From positions 540,001 through 572,000 of the forward strand of contig NZ_JBHSTI010000008.1 of NCBI RefSeq assembly GCF_042660085.1: a stretch of DNA of 32,000 nt, in the 5' to 3' direction. The position numbers and the translations under genes are program-made. Below, piece by piece: positions 9,482 to 17,239 of this stretch; the first letter of the stretch is position 1; the number at the start of each line of letters is the position of its first letter. The notes beneath the pieces were generated by a model that saw only the letters and a program-made list of their open reading frames with translations, did not search any database and was not told the DNA's origin. The DNA is from Longivirga aurantiaca (GTDB lineage: Bacteria > Actinomycetota > Actinomycetes > S36-B12 > CAIYMF01).

Positions 9482-10254
9482 TCGTCCCGACTCCCGACGA
9501 CGTGGCCGACCTCGCCGCGAGCGTCGTGGTCGACGCGCTGCCGACGTCGCGCCCGCCCGTCCTCGGCCTCGCCACCGGGTCGTCGCCGCTCGGGCTCTAC
9601 CGCCGGCTCGGCGAGGCGGCGGCCGCCGGGCATCTGCGGGTGCAGGACGCGTCCGGGGTGGCGCTCGACGAGTACGTCGGCCTCGCGGGCGGCCACCCGG
9701 AGTCGTACCGGACGGTGCTCGAACGGGAGGTGTGCGACGTCGTGGGGCTCGACCGCGCCCGGCTCTTCGTGCCGGACGGCACGGGCGCGGACCTCGAGGC
9801 GCTCATCGCCGCGGCCCGTCGGCACGAGGAGCGCATCGTGGCCCTCGGCGGCGTCGACGTGCAGATCCTCGGGATCGGCGCCAACGGCCACCTCGGCTTC
9901 AACGAGCCCGGGTCGGCGCTGTCCTCGCGCACCCGCGTGAAGCGGCTGTCGGACCGCACCCGCGCCGACAACGCGCGCTTCTTCGCCTCGCCCGAGGACG
10001 TACCCACGCACTGCATCACGCAGGGGCTCGGCACGATCCTGTCGGCGCGCAGCCTGGTGCTGGTGGCCACGGGTGCGGCCAAGGCCACGGCGGTGGCGGC
10101 GGCGCTGGAGGGCCCGCTGACCGCGTCGTGCCCGGCGTCGGTCCTGCAGTGGCACGCGGATGCGGTCGTCGTCCTCGACGAGGACGCGGCGGCGATGCTC
10201 GCGAACCGGGCGTACTACGACGCCTCGGCGGCGGGCCTCCGGCTCCCGGGCTGA
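9469..10254 (+). CDS. nagB: Glucosamine-6-phosphate deaminase
   Basis: GTG start at 9469 inside the ROK kinase end; GLATGSSPLGLYRRL, VALDEYVGL, ILGIGANGHLGFNEPGSAL motifs. Confidence 0.95.
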   Translation: MEVLIVPTPDDVADLAASVVVDALPTSRPPVLGLATGSSPLGLYRRLGEAAAAGHLRVQDASGVALDEYVGLAGGHPESYRTVLEREVCDVVGLDRARLFVPDGTGADLEALIAAARRHEERIVALGGVDVQILGIGANGHLGFNEPGSALSSRTRVKRLSDRTRADNARFFASPEDVPTHCITQGLGTILSARSLVLVATGAAKATAVAAALEGPLTASCPASVLQWHADAVVVLDEDAAAMLANRAYYDASAAGLRLPG

Positions 10255-10268
10255 CACGCCCGGGCAGA

Positions 10269-10310
10269 ACAGAGCGGGGGCCCGGGGAGCAGCCCGGACC
10301 CCCGCTCTGT
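10269..10310. terminator. Intrinsic terminator of nag cluster
   Basis: Perfect 12-bp inverted repeat ACAGAGCGGGGG / CCCCCGCTCTGT, 15 nt after nagB stop. Confidence 0.85.
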
Positions 10311-10325
10311 CGTTCCTGAGGTCTT

Positions 10326-10387
10326 CGAGTCACTGCCCGACGTGGGGTTATGCAGCCTCGCAAAGCCCCGCTTCGGGCAGTAACTCG
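10326..10387. other. Long imperfect hairpin in convergent intergenic space (possible 3'-UTR structure or terminator of the mycoredoxin gene)
   Basis: CGAGTCACTGCCCGA ... TCGGGCAGTAACTCG: 15-position stem with a single C-A mismatch; inner GGGG/CCCC pairing. Confidence 0.5.
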
Positions 10388-10407
10388 CGGAAGGACCGGA
10401 TGTGGCG

Positions 10408-10653
10408 TCAGGCGGAGAGGGCCTCGAGCTTGGCCTTGACCTGGCCGATGCTGGGGTTGGTCTCGGCGGAGCCGTCGGCGAACAGCAGCGTGGGGACGGT
10501 CTGGTTGCCGCCGTTCACGCCCTCGACGAACGCCGCGGCGCTCGGGTCCTGCTCGATGTCGACCTCGACGTACTCGATGCCCTCGCGACCCATCTGGGCC
10601 TTGAGCCGCTGGCAGTAGCCGCACCAGGGGGTGCTGTACATCGTGACGGCCAT
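10408..10653 (-). CDS. Mycoredoxin / glutaredoxin-like protein
   Basis: MAVTMYSTPWCGYCQRLKAQMGREGIEYVEVDIEQDP...GNQTVPTLLFADGS; CGYC active site and cis-Pro TVP. Adjacent to uvrD2, as for mycobacterial Mrx1. Confidence 0.92.
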   Translation of the reverse strand: MAVTMYSTPWCGYCQRLKAQMGREGIEYVEVDIEQDPSAAAFVEGVNGGNQTVPTLLFADGSAETNPSIGQVKAKLEALSA

Positions 10654-10811
10654 CGTCGGTCCGCTCCTTCTCGCGTGCGTGCGTGGTGGTCGCCGGTTCA
10701 ACCGCACTACCCGGCCCAGTGTTCCCGAGCCGGCCGAGTCCCGCGCGCGGGAGGCTGCGGACCCGTGACCGCGTGGTCGGCGTCGTCGGGGGCGGGTGCG
10801 AGGATCGACCG

Positions 10812-12974
10812 GTGAGCGGCCTCCTGCCCGGCCTCGACGCCGGCGTGCCCGTCGTCGGCAGCGCCGACGCCGTGCTCGCCGCGCTCGACCCCGAGCAGCG
10901 CGAGGTCGCGCTCTCGCTGTCCGGCCCGGTGGTGGTACTCGCGGGCGCGGGCACCGGCAAGACCCGGGCGATCACGCACCGGATCGCGCACGGCGTGCTC
11001 ACCGGCCGGCACGACCCGCGCCGGACGCTGGCCGTCACGTTCACCGCACGCGCCGCGGGGGAGATGCGCCATCGGCTCGCCCAGCTGGGGGTCGAGGGCG
11101 TGCAGGCGCGCACGTTCCACTCCGCGGCCCTGCGCCAGCTGCGCTACTTCTGGCCCCGAGTGGTCGGGGGCGGCGCGCCGGAGATCCTGCCGAGCAAGGC
11201 CCGCATCCTCGGCCCCGTGCTGCGTCGGAGCGGGTGGAACGACCCCACCCTCGCGCGCGACGTCGCCGCCGAGATCGAGTGGGCCAAGGCCAGCCAGGTG
11301 GTGGCCGCCGACTACCCCGCCGCCGCGCTGCGGGCCCGGCGCGAGCCGCCGGGGTCGCTGAGCCTCGACGACGTCGCGACGCTCTACGCGGCCTACGACG
11401 AGCGCAAGACCGCCGACGGCTTCATCGACTTCGAGGACGTCCTGCTCCTCACCGTCGGGATGCTCGACACCCGCCTCGACATCGCCGAGGAGGTGCGCTC
11501 GCAGTACCGCTGGTTCACCGTCGACGAGTACCAGGACGTCAACCCCCTTCAGCAGCGCCTGCTCGACCTCTGGCTCGGCGACCGCGACGAGCTGTGCGTC
11601 GTCGGCGACGCGAGCCAGACGATCTACACGTTCACCGGCGCGAGCTCGTCGTACCTCCTGGACTTCCGCACCCGCTTCCCGCACGCCACCGAGGTCAAGC
11701 TGGTGCGGTCGTACCGCTCCACGCCCCAGGTGGTGTCGCTCGCCAACCGCGTGCTCGCCAGCGCCACCGGTGCCGAGGCGCGGCTGCGGCTCGAGCTGCG
11801 CGCGATGCGCACCGACGGCCCCGAGCCGCGGATCACGTCGTACGACGATGAGCCCGCGGAGGCCGCCGGGCTGGCGGCAGCGGTGAAGAAGCTGGTCGCC
11901 GCCGGCACCCCCGCGCGCGAGATCGCGGTCCTGTACCGCATCAACGCGCAGTCGGAGGTGTTCGAGGAGGCGCTGGCCGAGGCGGGCATCCCCTACGTGC
12001 TGCGCGGCGAGTCGGCGTTCTTCGAGCGCGGCGAGGTGCGCGAGGCGCTGACCCGGCTGCGGGGCGCGGCCCGCGGTGGGGAGGGCTCCGGCGACCTCGG
12101 GTCCGACGTTCGCTCGGTGCTCTCGGCGATGAACTGGTCGCAGGAGCCGCCGAGCGGCCAGGGCGCGGTCCGTGACCGCTGGGAGAACCTCCTGCGCCTG
12201 GTCACGCTCGCCGACGACCTCGCCACCGCCAACCCGGACGCCACGCTGACCGAGCTCGTCGCCGACCTCGACCAGCGCGCCACCGTCCAGGCCGCCCCGA
12301 CGGCGGACGGCGTCACGCTGTCCACCGTGCACGCGGCCAAGGGGCTCGAGTGGGACGCCGTCTTCGTCGTCGGGCTCGTGCAGGGCACGTTCCCCATCCA
12401 GCACGCCGACACCCCGGCGCGGGTGGAGGAGGAGCGGCGCCTGTTCTACGTGGCCTGCACCCGTGCCCGCACCCACCTCGCCCTGTCGTGGGCCCGCAGC
12501 CGCACCGGGCGCGGGCGGCGCGACCGGTCGCAGTTCCTCGACACCGTGTTCGGCGCCGAGCCGGCCGACCGGGGCGGCTCGGGAGGCGTCGTGCGCGGCA
12601 GCGGCACCCGCACACGGGAGAAGCACTCCAAGCAGCCCAACGTCTGCCGCGTGTGCGGCAAGGCCCTGGTGTCGGGGCCGGAGTCGGCGCGCGGACGCTG
12701 CGCCACCTGCCCGTCGTCGTACGACGAGGCACTCTTCGAGCGGCTCAAGGCCTGGCGCAAGGACGAGTCGAGCCGCCAGTCGGTCCCGGCGTACGTCGTG
12801 TTCACCGACGCCACGCTCGAGCAGGTCGCCACCCTCCTTCCGGGTGACACCCGGGCCCTGCTGGCCGTCCCGGGGGTCGGCGCCCGCAAGCTCGAGGCGT
12901 ACGGCGAGGCCGTGCTGGCGCTGGTGCGGGGCGAAACGCCAACGACCGCAGGCGATCCGGACGATCCGGCCTGA
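10812..12974 (+). CDS. uvrD2: UvrD/Rep family ATP-dependent DNA helicase UvrD2
   Basis: Walker A GAGTGKTRAITHRIA, VDEYQDVNPLQQRLLDLW, VVGDASQTIYTFTGAS, STVHAAKGLEWDAVFVVGL; CRVCGKAL...CATC segment and C-terminal HRDC-like domain. Likely GTG start 10812. Confidence 0.92.
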   Translation: MSGLLPGLDAGVPVVGSADAVLAALDPEQREVALSLSGPVVVLAGAGTGKTRAITHRIAHGVLTGRHDPRRTLAVTFTARAAGEMRHRLAQLGVEGVQARTFHSAALRQLRYFWPRVVGGGAPEILPSKARILGPVLRRSGWNDPTLARDVAAEIEWAKASQVVAADYPAAALRARREPPGSLSLDDVATLYAAYDERKTADGFIDFEDVLLLTVGMLDTRLDIAEEVRSQYRWFTVDEYQDVNPLQQRLLDLWLGDRDELCVVGDASQTIYTFTGASSSYLLDFRTRFPHATEVKLVRSYRSTPQVVSLANRVLASATGAEARLRLELRAMRTDGPEPRITSYDDEPAEAAGLAAAVKKLVAAGTPAREIAVLYRINAQSEVFEEALAEAGIPYVLRGESAFFERGEVREALTRLRGAARGGEGSGDLGSDVRSVLSAMNWSQEPPSGQGAVRDRWENLLRLVTLADDLATANPDATLTELVADLDQRATVQAAPTADGVTLSTVHAAKGLEWDAVFVVGLVQGTFPIQHADTPARVEEERRLFYVACTRARTHLALSWARSRTGRGRRDRSQFLDTVFGAEPADRGGSGGVVRGSGTRTREKHSKQPNVCRVCGKALVSGPESARGRCATCPSSYDEALFERLKAWRKDESSRQSVPAYVVFTDATLEQVATLLPGDTRALLAVPGVGARKLEAYGEAVLALVRGETPTTAGDPDDPA

Positions 12975-13082
12975 GCCGTCGTCGTCCGGCGGAGGGCCGC
13001 TCCCGCCGCACGATTCGTGCCGTGTTTCCCGGCCGTTGGTCACGAATTCGTCGCGACACGCGACATCTGGCAGAAAACCTCG

Positions 13083-13112
13083 TTGCGCTGGCAGAGAACT
13101 TCCTCGTAGCCT
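13083..13112 (+). promoter_or_regulatory. Candidate WhiB7-type promoter for the whiB7 leader
   Basis: AAAA (13074-13077) upstream of TTGCGC (13083-13088), 18-bp spacer, TAGCCT (13107-13112). Confidence 0.4.
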
Positions 13113-13163
13113 CATGCACCTACGCGCGGAGTCGCTGCGCCCACGACGAAGGAGGTGGCCCCG

Positions 13164-13376
13164 ATGATCGAGTACATGAACTCGCTGGTGGCCGCTCTCG
13201 TCGTGCTGCCTGCGCTCGCCGTCCTGTTCGCCGCCGCATGGCGTCGTGACGTCGCGCCCACCAGCGCTATCGCCGTCCGTTCGCGCGCCCACGTCCCGGC
13301 CACCGGTGCCTTCGGCACCGCTGTCGATGGCTACGCCACGAAGTTCGGCCCGCAGTCTCGAGGATCCAGCTGGTGA
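13164..13376 (+). CDS. Candidate upstream/leader ORF, 70-aa small hydrophobic peptide in the whiB7 leader
   Basis: AAGGAGG 8 nt before ATG 13164; MIEYMNSLVAALVVLPALAVLFAAAWRRDVAPTSA... ends 24 nt before the attenuator-like hairpin. Confidence 0.45.
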   Translation: MIEYMNSLVAALVVLPALAVLFAAAWRRDVAPTSAIAVRSRAHVPATGAFGTAVDGYATKFGPQSRGSSW

Positions 13377-13400
13377 GACCCCTCACCACCAGGCACCTCG

Positions 13401-13434
13401 AGGCCGCGGATCCCGACACCGGGAACCGCGGCCT
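13401..13434 (+). promoter_or_regulatory. Attenuator/terminator-like hairpin in the whiB7 leader
   Basis: AGGCCGCGG-A-TCCCG-ACAC-CGGGA-A-CCGCGGCCT followed by TCGTGTTT: 9 + 5 bp stem separated by one A-A mismatch, tetraloop. Confidence 0.7.
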
Positions 13435-13585
13435 TCGTGTTTGCCCGGGCACTCCCTCACCCGGACGAGCGCACCACCCCGCCGGCACAACCCCCGCCGG
13501 AGGGCGCACCACCCGCACCACCCCTGCCCAGCACGACACCGGATACCGCGGAGACCCCGCGGCGGATGAAGGAGGTGACCGCGCG

Positions 13586-14020
13586 ATGAGCATGACCTTC
13601 GACCTCACCACTGCCCTCGGAACGGCAGCCGGGTTCGACGTCAGCACGCCGTGCCGGTCGTACGACCCGGACCTGTGGTTCGCCGAGCGACCCGACGACG
13701 TCGCGCTCGCCCAGGAGCTGTGCGGAGACTGCGCCCTGCGCGCGGCCTGCCTCGCAGGTGCCTTGGAGCGGCGCGAGCCGTGGGGCGTCTGGGGTGGAGA
13801 GCTGTTCGAGCACGGACGTGTCGTGGCGCGCAAGCGTCGCCCCGGCCGCCCGCGCAAGGACGACGCCCTCCGTCGCCGTGCCGCCGAGGACGCGCTCGCC
13901 GCGCGTCTGGCCGAGATCTCCACGGAGCTCACGACCGACGGCGGCCTCGATGCGGACCTCGTGGACGAGCTCTTCGAGGGCTGCGCCGTCCCGGCGCAGC
14001 GCGGAGGTGCCGCCGCATGA
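13586..14020 (+). CDS. whiB7: WhiB-family iron-sulfur transcriptional regulator, WhiB7-like
   Basis: Four-Cys WhiB pattern C...C-x2-C-x5-C (CRSYDPDLWFAERPDDVALAQELCGDCALRAAC), GVWGGE turn and AT-hook KRRPGRPRK; adjacent to uvrD2. Confidence 0.92.
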   Translation: MSMTFDLTTALGTAAGFDVSTPCRSYDPDLWFAERPDDVALAQELCGDCALRAACLAGALERREPWGVWGGELFEHGRVVARKRRPGRPRKDDALRRRAAEDALAARLAEISTELTTDGGLDADLVDELFEGCAVPAQRGGAAA

Positions 14021-14328
14021 CCGTTCGTACGCAGCCCGACCGCACCGGTCCGGGCTCCCTCCCCGCCACCAGCCCGGTGGCGGACCCCGTCATCCCCGCG
14101 TCGTCCCTGACGGCGCGGACCTCGAAGCTGGAGACAGACATGCATCACATCCCCGAGCAGATGGCACGTTCCCATCTGGCCTCCCGTCAGGCAGAGGCCG
14201 AGGCGTCGCGCGTCCGTCGCGTCGCCCTGGCCCACCGCCGGGCGGCGGCGGCCGAGCGTCGCGCCCGGCTCGCCCGCGAGGCTGCCGTGCTGGCCTCGCA
14301 CCAGGCGGCCATCGCCTCTGCCCACTAG
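14017..14328 (+). CDS. Hypothetical Arg/Ala-rich protein, possibly translationally coupled to whiB7
   Basis: ATGA overlap with the whiB7 stop; internal ATG 14140 gives a 62-aa alternative (MHHIPEQMARSHLASRQAEAEASRVRRVAL...). Followed by a strong terminator. Confidence 0.5.
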   Translation: MTVRTQPDRTGPGSLPATSPVADPVIPASSLTARTSKLETDMHHIPEQMARSHLASRQAEAEASRVRRVALAHRRAAAAERRARLAREAAVLASHQAAIASAH

Positions 14329-14357
14329 TCGGGCAGGGACGTGCACGTGGCAGGGAG

Positions 14358-14402
14358 GGCCCCCTGCCGGCAGGAGCCGCGGCTCCGCCGGCGGGGGGCC
14401 TT
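14358..14402. terminator. Very strong intrinsic terminator after the whiB7 unit
   Basis: GGCCCCCTGCCGGC / GCCGGCGGGGGGCC (14 positions, one G-U) enclosing the palindrome GGAGCCGCGGCTCC. Confidence 0.85.
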
Positions 14403-14456
14403 CGCCATGTCGTGCCAGCGTCGGCATCCCGAGCCCGGGTGGGGCAGGATCGAGGG

Positions 14457-16019
14457 GTGACGCACCTCGATCGCACGGCGCTCGACGCGGCGGTGTCCGC
14501 GCTCACCGACCCGGCCCTTGCCGGCTTCGTGGCGGTGGTGGCGTGGCCCGACCCGGACGCCGGCCGCGATCCCGCCGGGCGGCCATGGGCGGTCCTGGTC
14601 GCAGACGCCCACGGCTCGGCGCGGCTCGACGACGAGCACCCGGAGGGTGTCGTGGTCGCCGGCCGGCACCCGCTGCCGAGCACTGACCCGATGGCGTTCC
14701 TGCCCTACGAGCTCGAGGTGGCCGACCCCTCTCCCGACCACGACCGCAACGCCTACCCGCTGCCGTGGCTGCGGCTCGCCTCGTTCTTCACCGAGCAGCG
14801 CAGCCCCGACCTCGCGGTGGTGCACGCCGCCGGGCACTGGTTCCCCGAGCAGGGCGGTCACCGCGGCGAGCACGGGTCGCTCGACGTGATCCAGTCGCGG
14901 GCGCCGTTCGTGCTCTCGGGCGCCGGCGTCGTACGCCACGGCCTGATCGAGGAGCACGCGCGCCTGGTCGACGTGATGCCCACGCTGGCGCACGCCGCCG
15001 GGGTGCCTGCCTCGGCGCTGGCGGGGCTCGACGGCGTACCGCGCACCGACCTCGTGGAGCCCGGTGCCGCGCACGTGATCGGCCTGCTGTGGGACGGCGG
15101 TCACGTGGGCTCGCTGATCGACCTCGCGCTGCGGGGCGAGCTGCCGAACGTCGCGCGTCTGCTGCGGCGGGGGTGCGCCCTGACCGGCGGCGCGGTCGCG
15201 GAGTTCCCGAGCCTCACCCTCGTCAACCACACGTCGATGCTCACCGGGGTGGGTCCTGGCCGGCACGGCGTGGTGGGCAACGTGTACTGGGACAGGCACC
15301 ACGGGCGCAGGGTCGTGCCGAACGACGCAGCGACGTGGCACAAGACCTCCGAGCTCTACCGCGAGGGCGTCACGACGCTCTTCGAGGCGGTGCTCGCGCA
15401 CCGGCCGGACGTGCGGACCGCCAGCGTCAACGAGATGACCGAGCGCGGCGCCTGGGCCTCGACCTTCGGCCTGGTGCGTGCCGCGCTGTCGGCCGGCGAG
15501 TCGGCCGATCCCGGCGAGGCCGGCAGCGCCGAGTCGCGCGACTTCCTCACGACCGTGCGCGCGCTGCTGCCGGACCCGTACGCCTCGGACCTCGTCACGC
15601 ACGTGCGGTGCGAGGAGGACGACGACTACGCGTTCTACTCCGCGATCGACCTGCTCGGCCTCTCCACGATGGTGGGGCTGTTCTCGGCGTCCGACCCGGC
15701 GGAGCTCCCGGCGGTCGCCTGGTGGTCGCAGTACACGACCGACGCGGCGCACCACGCGGGCGGTCCGCGGTCGGGCATCGCGACCGAGGGGCTGAAGGAC
15801 TGCGACCAGCGGCTCGGTGTCTTCCTCGACCACCTCGAGCAGCGCGGCCTGCTCGACGACTGCCTGTTCCTGCTGACCGCCGACCACGGCTTCGAGACCG
15901 CGCGGGACGACGTACGCGGCGAGTGGGGGTCGGCGCTGCACGCGGCGCTCGACCCGCTCGGAGTGCCGTTCCGCGACGAGGGCCCCGGCTTCGTCTACCT
16001 CGGCGTCCACCCCGACTGA
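14457..16019 (+). CDS. Alkaline phosphatase superfamily protein (type I phosphodiesterase/nucleotide pyrophosphatase-like), apparent permuted motif order
   Basis: VIGLLWDGGHVGSLIDLALRGELPNVARLLRRG...EFPSLTLVNHTSMLTGVGPGRHGVVGN and LLTADHGFE; GTG start at 14457. Confidence 0.8.
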   Translation: MTHLDRTALDAAVSALTDPALAGFVAVVAWPDPDAGRDPAGRPWAVLVADAHGSARLDDEHPEGVVVAGRHPLPSTDPMAFLPYELEVADPSPDHDRNAYPLPWLRLASFFTEQRSPDLAVVHAAGHWFPEQGGHRGEHGSLDVIQSRAPFVLSGAGVVRHGLIEEHARLVDVMPTLAHAAGVPASALAGLDGVPRTDLVEPGAAHVIGLLWDGGHVGSLIDLALRGELPNVARLLRRGCALTGGAVAEFPSLTLVNHTSMLTGVGPGRHGVVGNVYWDRHHGRRVVPNDAATWHKTSELYREGVTTLFEAVLAHRPDVRTASVNEMTERGAWASTFGLVRAALSAGESADPGEAGSAESRDFLTTVRALLPDPYASDLVTHVRCEEDDDYAFYSAIDLLGLSTMVGLFSASDPAELPAVAWWSQYTTDAAHHAGGPRSGIATEGLKDCDQRLGVFLDHLEQRGLLDDCLFLLTADHGFETARDDVRGEWGSALHAALDPLGVPFRDEGPGFVYLGVHPD

Positions 16020-16029
16020 CCCGACTTGG

Positions 16030-16065
16030 TAGTGGGATGTCGCGCTCCGGTGCGAGATTCCACTA
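16030..16065 (+). terminator. Hairpin 10 nt downstream of the phosphatase stop
   Basis: TAGTGGGATGTCGCGC-TCCG-GTGCGAGATTCCACTA: 16-position stem with 13 Watson-Crick and 2 G-U pairs plus 1 mismatch. Confidence 0.55.
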
Positions 16066-16126
16066 ACGGATCGTCGGGCGGCGTGGCGTCCTGCGGTGCG
16101 CGGGCCGCGGGAGGACCATCGCACTC

Positions 16127-16312
16127 GTGACGGTGCTGGTGTGCGCCCGCTGCGGGCAGTCCCTGGACTCCGAGGCCGACGAGCAGAGCGGCATGGTCGC
16201 GCTCGCCTGGGTGCACTCGCACGAGCGGGGGCGCGACCTCTTCTACTGCCCGTCCTGCTCGCGTGACAACCTGCGCTCGATCGAGGGGAAGCTCGACGCC
16301 GAGTTCTGGTGA
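16127..16312 (+). CDS. Small zinc-ribbon-like hypothetical protein
   Basis: MTVLVCARCGQSLDSEADEQSG...RDLFYCPSCSRDNLRSIEGKLDAEFW; two CxxC knuckles, GTG start preceded by GGGAGG. Confidence 0.75.
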   Translation: MTVLVCARCGQSLDSEADEQSGMVALAWVHSHERGRDLFYCPSCSRDNLRSIEGKLDAEFW

Positions 16313-16364
16313 GAAGAGCCTCGTGAGCAGAGCCTGGTGAGCAGAGCCCGGTGAGCGCGCGGCC

Positions 16365-17153
16365 TCAGCGCATCGACGCGCGGTACGCCGCCGGCGGCAT
16401 GCCGCAGTCGCGTACGAACCGCTCGTAGAGGCGGCTCGTCGAGCCGAAGCCCGCGCGCACGGCGATCTCCGACGTCGTGGCGTCGGTGGAGATGAGCAGC
16501 CGCTGGGCCTCGGCCACGCGGCACTGCGCGAGGTACTCGCCGATGCTCACGCCCGTGCCGCGCCGGAAGACCGCCGCAGCGGTGCTCGGGTGCAGGTGGA
16601 CCGCGGCCGCGACGTCGTGCACGCGGACGGTGTCGCGGAAGTGCGTCGCGACGTACGACGCCATCACGGTGGCCGGTGCGTCGTCGGCACCGGCGGGTGC
16701 GCTCGGGTGGGCGGTCGCCGCCGCGCGCAGCAGCGCTGCCTGCACCTCCAGCGCCGCGGCGCGGGTGCGCACCGAGCTCGCGCCGATGTCGGCCTGCCAA
16801 CGGGTCATCGACGGCTCGAGGAGTTCCGGCGCCTCGAAGGTCGAGAGCCGCCCGCGCAGGAGGTCGCTCGTGAACGACGCGGGCAGCGACCACGCGAGCG
16901 CGTCGGTGAGCGGCACGGTGAGCCAGGCGACCGCGACGCCGTCGTCGTGGTCGGCGACGCGGTGCGGGAGGCCCGCCCAGAAGACCGCGCACTCGTGGTC
17001 GCCGAGCTCGTGGCGCCCGGCAGCGTGCTCGAGCACCGCCGAACCTCCGAGGGGCAGGATGAGCTCGACGTCGTCGTGCCGGTGCGCCCTCGACATCGCC
17101 GGCACGGCCGAGAGCCCGCAGGCGAGGCCGAACACCTCGTGCAGCGGCGTCAC
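16365..17153 (-). CDS. AraC family transcriptional regulator
   Basis: N-terminal cupin-like segment (MSRAHRHDDVELILPLGGSAVLEH) and C-terminal double HTH (EAQRLLISTDATTSEIAVRAGFGSTSRLYERFVRDCGMPPAAYR). Confidence 0.93.
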   Translation of the reverse strand: MTPLHEVFGLACGLSAVPAMSRAHRHDDVELILPLGGSAVLEHAAGRHELGDHECAVFWAGLPHRVADHDDGVAVAWLTVPLTDALAWSLPASFTSDLLRGRLSTFEAPELLEPSMTRWQADIGASSVRTRAAALEVQAALLRAAATAHPSAPAGADDAPATVMASYVATHFRDTVRVHDVAAAVHLHPSTAAAVFRRGTGVSIGEYLAQCRVAEAQRLLISTDATTSEIAVRAGFGSTSRLYERFVRDCGMPPAAYRASMR

Positions 17154-17239
17154 CGTAGCTCCCGCCTCGCGAGGATCCGGGAAGGATCTGCATCCATGGG
17201 GGAAGTATGCCCGGATCCGAGTGCCCTAGCGTTCGGGGT

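Noticed and set aside
10326-10387. Possible tRNA or tmRNA fragment
   Set aside because: No cloverleaf, T-loop GTTCRA or CCA end; only a long hairpin is supported.
10707-13292. 861-aa minus-strand ORF overlapping uvrD2
   Set aside because: Low-complexity R/G/A/V-rich translation antisense to a full-length UvrD2.
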